From Pocillopora damicornis (Eukaryota): a stretch of DNA of 64,000 bases. Of this stretch, positions 57,401 to 64,000 are shown in pieces. The number at the start of each line of letters is the position of its first letter. The first letter of the stretch is position 1. A model generated the notes under the pieces. The model was given only the letters and a program-made list of their open reading frames with translations. It ran no database searches and was not told where the DNA came from. The DNA lies in the NCBI RefSeq assembly GCF_003704095.1, contig NW_020844573.1, forward strand, positions 558,001 to 622,000, in the 5' to 3' direction. The translations under genes were made by a program, and so were the position numbers.

Positions 57401-60400
57401 TTTCAGATAACAAAATTACAAGTTAACTATCAACTTCGAAGCCACACCTTTGTTTGCCGGTACTCGTCCTCAAACATGTCCAAGAAAATTTCATCTTCCT
57501 ATAAGATAAATCAGAAGTGTTAAGCTTGGGAAAATAATGTTTCTCGGCGATGGAGTATCGTAAATCCAAAACCAAAGTTATCTCAATGAGGCAATCAGAA
57601 GAATGGAAAATACCTTGAAGAGCCAATAAGAACTCAAAGTAAAAATTAGCAAACAGCCTAAAGCGCGGGAAAAACGCGGGAAAACGCGGGTGACCAAGTC
57701 GTGACTGGTTTTAGTTTTGCATCTAATTGTTTGAGAGAGTGGCGCAAGTTTTCTGGACCAATCACAGAGCGTAGTAAAGCTAAACCAACTCATCTCTGAT
57801 AACTACAGACACGATTGAAAACTGCTCTATTACCGAGAAAGTGCACAAAATAACAGTTGAACAGCAAAGTAAGGTTAAGTCTTATTTCAAAAGGCCTTCG
57901 CAAACATCGAAGACCATAACTGCCATGTGATGTTGTACCTTATAATAGTGCCGCAACTGTAACGTACTGGCCTCGCGAACATTCTGAAAAGTAAATAAAG
58001 GAAGATTGATTCTTCCCTGTCTAGGTATTATTCTGAGATATTTGTTTCACTAAGGTGGTATTTTTTCCGTGTAAACCCACAAATCTGGGTCTAAGAGAAT
58101 TGAAAGACTTCAGCCAGTCTAAATATTCAAAGCACTCGGAATTAACTCGATGAGAAATTCAGTATTTGAATTCCGACAGACTTAATCAAGAAAAAACCAG
58201 GTGGTAAGTATTCAAATAGTGATTAGCGCGCGAAACATAAGTGAAATTACTACTCTGAAAAGAAAATATGAAACTGGGGCTTGAGGCAGGAAAACATCAG
58301 AGTTCGGCGCGGATTTCAACTGATGTTTGATGCGGGGAACATGCAACTGGCGGTCAGCGCGGACAGCATGTAACGAATACTTAGTGTGGGGAAAAAGCCT
58401 CCAACGTCTGGCATAGGGTGGGTGGTTCAACTGGTTGGAGCACTTTTCAAGAACTTTTCAAGAAACTCCTATGTGGCTTCAAGAGAAGACAAAAATCTAA
58501 CTACGGTGTAAACCCGTTTAAAGAAATCATTCTTATTCGTCTGACATGTGTCGTCAGAGTTTCTTACCTCGATCAGAGCCAAGTGTCTATCGCTAAGGTA
58601 GCTCCACTTTGAGCCATCTACTGTATACATAATCAGCTCCTTCAGCAGTATAATGGCGATCTCTAATGTTACTACGCGCACTTGACTCCCTACAAAATAA
58701 ATACATTCAAGTACAAACCGATGATCAGTGAGATTTTATGTCTTTGATTCTTTCATCGAAAAGCAATTTTCAAGTTTACCTTAGTATTACCGAGACGATA
58801 AATGAGAAAAACAACAATTCTATTACCTTCTACATCGAAAACCAGGCAAAAGAACCAACAAAAACATCATAATCACGGTTTAAGACGGAAGACTGAAGAA
58901 CTCAACAGAAACAGAGTACCAAATACGGAAATAGATTGGAACTTCTAAAAGTTTATTTAACACGCTCGTGCAAAAAATTGAAAGTTCTGACTCACCATTT
59001 CGATAGCCGAGTTCCAACATTCTAATGAGGCTTTCTACAAGTTGCTCGTTATAAGGAACTTTGCTCTAAGAAAAACAAAAACAGAAAAATCCACTTACTA
59101 TACGCTACAAAACTGTGGTGGCGAATCATTCCCATAAAGAATGTGGGAATATGATTGCAGGATTGAAAAAAAAAAACTACTCACGCGCAGTCTCGGGTTG
59201 AATCAGTACAACAAATTGACCAAAACTGAGTGACAAAAACAATCCGAAATTGCTTTGGCTTCGGTTTCACTTTACTTCGCTCTGTGATTGGTCAAGAAAA
59301 ATCACACCACGCTCTCGACCAATCAGACGTAAGACCTAAGTCAATCTTGATTTTCCCGCGCTTCTGGCAGTTTGCCGGTTTTTATCATGCGCTCTCATTG
59401 GCTCCTCATTGTATATTCCCTTCATCTGATAGGCCACTGAGACTACTCTGCTTTTGGTCTTACGACCCTAAATCGAGAAGCGCTCTATCACTTTCACTTC
59501 TGAGGTTGACTTCCACTCAGGTTGTCAAAAGGGACTATTATTATGCCAACGAATCTACAAAACGATACACCTGATTATAACACCACAAACCTCAGCTGTG
59601 GAGAGTCCTGCTGATTCAAGTAAGTTGTTATCCACACCTGAAGAAACGAAGACGACGTTAGAACAAGTCTGCTACACGATTGTAAGAATTTAGCTAAATA
59701 AAACAACTATAAGCATTAGTAAAACTCAGAATGATTTGTTCCCTTATATCTGTTCTCTTTCTGCAAAGACTCCTTGTTCCTTCTATCGCCTAATCGGGAT
59801 ACAGGTGTGTTAACGGAGGGAGGGGGCGGGGGAATGTTTTTGTTGTTGTTTCCTTGACACGCCATGCGCAGAAAACAGATTCTTGAAAGGTAAGGGAAAA
59901 AAGATAACTCACCCTTATTACCAATAGCTGCATACAGCAAACAAATTGCAAAGAGTGCCTCCTCGTCGTTATCACTGCAGTCTAAACTTTCTTCGATTGC
60001 TTCAAGAAACATCCTAAACATCGGAAATAATAACTAATTATCCAACAACCCTTTTAGGCGCAGCGTAAACGCTGCAACCCCGATAGCTAATATCACCACA
60101 ACAGGTGTTCAGAACAAAATTCTGGCACATTTCCTAATGCCTAGAACCAGTCTAGTAATGTTGGAAATTTTGCGTGGTTGAATTCAGTTGAGGCGAGATT
60201 GATCGAGACAGTTGGTCATGGGTACTTACCTTATTGAGTAGGTAGGTCATGTAAAAAAGGACTTATAGGGGTCTTCCGGCTGGTCTCGTGTGTAATGCAT
60301 TTCACAACTCGACAATATTCATTGAAATAATATACATGAAAAAATTCCGCATTTCTCATTGGCTGAAAACGAGTGCATTTTTCATGTAATACGAGTGCAA

Positions 60401-63400
60401 ATTACAACTAGCGTGCGCGAGCTGTCAAAATTTCGTTTAATACGACTTTCTGTGATGCTTTTTTTCATGTGGATTAAACATAAGTAATAACATGATTTTT
60501 CGTGCAGTTTGGTGTAAATGACCGCTTGCACATTTTTCAAAGACTACAAATTGCACTCTCCCTACGGGCTCGTACAATTTTGTTGTCTTTGCAAAATTTA
60601 CACGTGCTTATTAACACCAAATCGCTCTCGAAATCATGCTATTACTTCTACTAAAACACAGGGGAGTTGAACACAAGAGGTTTTTGTACCTGTCAGGCTG
60701 GAATTCCTTGGGTCTTTGAATGACACTCTGAAATGGGACAAAGACAATAGCATAGAAAATGTGAGGTTTCATTCAATCACACTGAAAATGAGATGCCAAA
60801 AGCTACACAGTTAGAGTCCTTTTTCAGAAGTTAAACTTTGTGCGGCTTCTCTGGCTAATAAGACCACTGACAATATAATGTCGTTCTCACACCGTACCTG
60901 TACTCCATGTGAATGATCTGTTGCAGCCACTGTATTCAAAACTAAAAATGGGGAAAACAGGAATTATCAATGTGAACTGTAAATCAGTTCTTCCTCGCCA
61001 AATAAGGCAACAAAGTCACCCTTAGCCTCACTCCTGTTAACAGGCTCGGCAACCAAGCATGCAACTGTAAAATGGACCATTGACTTGGTCACTCTCTGCC
61101 TTTGAGCTCCTTTCTATGCATAAATTTCGAGTTCTCAACGGCCTATTGTACCATTTAACTTTGTTCTGAAAAAAGAAATCACTCTTATGCTGGAAAATTA
61201 CCGTGTTCAGGACGTTTTTCTGTGGTAGTTTCTTCTTTGGTGCTCTCTCCTGAAGTAGCAACAGGAGTGGAGAAACCAGATGATGAATCTGTGTCAGACT
61301 CGCTATCAGTCCCCTGTCCGAGTGGAGTCTGAAGAAGAGGAACTTGGACTGGACTTAAATCAGCTGAAATAGAAACAAAACTGATTGCAATTCGTCTGGG
61401 AGATACATATGCCTGTTGAAAAACTTGGCCTCAATTTTAAGTGGATCGTTTGAAATGCGTGTCACTCTTTTACATGACAAACCACCCTTGCTCTTTCTTC
61501 ATTTATCCTCTCATTTTGTACATCCTTCTTTCCCTTACCCCAAATAATAAAACTTCTCCTTAAAGTTTGGATACATTTTCCAACAGAAAGTTGTTGAACA
61601 GAATAAATAAATCCCAGAATAAATAAATTTCTCCTTGAAATTTAGATACATTTTCCAGCAGAAAGGTGGTGAACAGAATAAATATTATCAACAAAGGGAA
61701 ATAATTTTTATCAACACTACATTCTTACAGGTGAGATTCTAACAAATGGGTGGCTGACAGTACAAAGAACTGCTATTAAGAACGTCTAAATAAAAGAACT
61801 AATTTTGCTAATCAACAGTGACACCAGATCTTCAGAATGAAAACAAATGTTAGTTAAGACAAAATAATAGATGAAGTATTTAATTNNNNNNNNNNNNNNN
61901 NNNNNNNNNNNNNNNNNNNNNNNNNNNNNNNNNNNNNNNNNNNNNNNNNNNNNNNNNNNNNNNNNNNNNNNNNNNNNNNNNNNNNNNNNNNNNNNNNNNN
62001 NNNNNNNNNNNNNNNNNNNNNNNNNNNNNNNNNNNNNNNNNNNNNNNNNNNNNNNNNNNNNNNNNNNNNNNNNNNNNNNNNNNNNNNNNNNNNNNNNNNN
62101 NNNNNNNNNNNNNNNNNNNNNNNNNNNNNNNNNNNNNNNNNNNNNNNNNNNNNNNNNNNNNNNNNNNNNNNNNNNNNNNNNNNNNNNNNNNNNNNNNNNN
62201 NNNNNNNNNNNNNNNTTTGGAAACCTTTGCTCTGCAACAGCACTTTTTCAGTGCAAAATGTTTGACAAATTCATACAGATTAGAATTGGCCCAATGATCA
62301 CACCCATAAAATAAGTCTGGATGTGCACTGGAAGCTAAACATGCAAAGCAGTTTGTTGAAGAAACGAGTTACAGCATAAGTCACCTGGTGTGTCCTGGCA
62401 TGCAAGCTTAACTTCATTCAAAGAGGGTTAAGTGTGGTATTTTTGAGGTCACTTCTGTTTCACAGACTGGAGCATTAAACATATTTATTGTAACCCTGTT
62501 TGTCCTTATACCTACCATCTTTTCTAGAAGCATTTATCTTTTCAGCATTTATTCTCTCCCTGCTAGAAATGAGTGCTATTTCATCACCTTGCTTTCGATT
62601 GTTGTCTGACATAAGAGGAAAATTCCAGATTAATGTATTCATTGATAGTGAAGTTGACAACACAGGGCTGCTTCTTGCAGTACCAAGTAGTGTTACTCAT
62701 CTCTTAATCTAAGCATTGATTACACAACTGCCTTGCCAATTTGTACAGTTTAGTATCTTCATAAGGAGAGGGGAGAGAGCCTTTTAGAGAGGAAGGGAAA
62801 TTCTCTTAAACTGCATTTTCAGAAATCCATTGTTGTCTTCTTACACCAGAGACAAAAAAGCCCCCTAGATGTTGTTGAGCAATTGTTAGATAGCACTTAC
62901 AAGAAATGGGGGTTTTACTATTTAAAAAGAGAGATTTTCTAGACAATTGGGATAAATAGAAATATTATGCATGCTAAACTAATTAGTGTTAAAGAAATAG
63001 ACTTATTATTATCAGTGATTAACATATGTTAGATTGATGATAATGTGAGCAATTATGCAGTTAATTGTTTAAACAACATCACCTTGTATCACACATCAAA
63101 TCTTCATTTGACAAATGCTGGTACTGTTATAATTACTGCATTATTATTATTCTGGGTCATAAGTGCTGGCAAAGCACACTTTTCACATGCAATTAAGTTT
63201 TGACACTTTTATCATTAACCTAAAATACTTAAAACAAAGCTTTAAGATTATTAGGTTCTTCTCTCTACCCAGGAGTATTACTAGCAAACTGTAAGAGAAA
63301 GCTGATCAATTCCCAGTTGTAAGAAGTATGGTGGCAGTGCTCTGAGAGGTTTTTGTGCTAAAGAAAGTAGGGCAATCTCTAGGAGTGATGAGATTATGGC

Positions 63401-63640
63401 ATGGCTGTAAATTGTAAAAAATGACACTTTGGTTTAAGTCAAATACATACCCTTTACATAAAACTTTGAGTTTGCCACGTGCAAGGATTTTCCTCTGGAC
63501 AAAGGACCCAAAGATGATGTCTTCCCAAGGAAAGAATAACCTTCTGTGTTCACTCCAAGAGCTACTAGAGATTCCTCCAGTGTTTCTTCAGGCCTCTGGA
63601 AGGTTCGTACACTTGCCGCTGAATTACTCAGAGAACAAGC
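54497..63640 (-). CDS. CLEC16A: CLEC16A (Ema/GOP-1 family) 3' portion; 5' exons lie beyond the window. Exons about 63640-63451, 61363-61202, 60941-60898, 60727-60690, 60013-59913, 59637-59591, 59065-58996, 58669-58568, 57983-57939, 57498-57448, 57042-56914, 56429-56309, 56200-56157, 55930-55821, 55471-54497
   Basis: RTFQRPEETLEESL, LFAICLLYAA, VRVVTLE, DEIFLDMFEDEY, LMMDATLLLPITGTPLTGIEFYKRLPCGEVE, DVLDL.NSDLIAC, QRRFLVID..QFILVEPD..KLGWGVVKF and FIFDDYIRCMSAKQRL match the CLEC16A C-terminal domain. Confidence 0.94.
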
Positions 63641-64000
63641 CTATAAAAGGAGATTAATTTGTTTTGCAATCAGTAGTTGAACACCTTCTAGCAATAAAAG
63701 GTGAATGCTTTTTGAGCTTATGTTCAATTTTTTGCAGAATCAAGCTGATTCTTTTCCCAGACCAACTAAACTTGAGATGCAAGACATTGTCCCCTCCTGT
63801 AATTTTCTTAGCTGATATATAAAGCGTCACTTTTAAGAAATTACATTTAAAAAAAACTAAATTTGAAACAAGAAAATTGACAGAATTTCTTCTTAAAATA
63901 TCAATACAATATGAAGTAGACATGTGATGGGAGGAAAGAAAACTATTAGCTAGTCTAAAGAATTATTAGTTGATCCAATACCAAATTCCCTGAACAGAGG

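Noticed and set aside
61854-62314. ORFs spanning N runs (also at 13.0, 28.8, 48.7 and 53.5-54.0 kb)
   Set aside because: Artefacts of translating assembly gaps
62400-62710. Purine-rich ORF-like stretch in a CLEC16A intron
   Set aside because: Stops and frameshifts interrupt it, and exons 63451 and 61363 already join in phase without it

Overview
AT-rich eukaryotic draft-assembly DNA with GT-AG introns and eight N gaps. The dispersed repeats and gene content suggest a scleractinian coral or related anthozoan (inference). Ten protein-coding genes can be rebuilt exon by exon: FAM234-like beta-propeller membrane protein (-), PDPK1 (-) head-to-head with UBC9/UBE2I (+), a GPI-type single-DOMON protein (-), a LENG9-like multidomain protein (+), an intronless peptide-type GPCR (+), three tandem astacin-TSP1 metalloproteases (-), and the 3' part of CLEC16A (-). 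The most interesting object is the LENG9-like gene. It joins RWD, CCCH zinc finger, MJ1316, an intact AKAP7-like 2H phosphoesterase and a degenerate N4BP2/PNK-like P-loop domain, and so looks like a one-polypeptide RNA end-healing or 2'-5' nucleotide-degrading machine. Other highlights are a 9-nt microexon in the PDK1 activation loop, four genes whose human homologs lie on 16p13, a convertase-flanked insert in FAM234, a decayed secreted-protein pseudogene, a SINE with a 15-bp TSD and a decayed hammerhead-like repeat. Family assignments come from motif recognition by eye, with no database searches.
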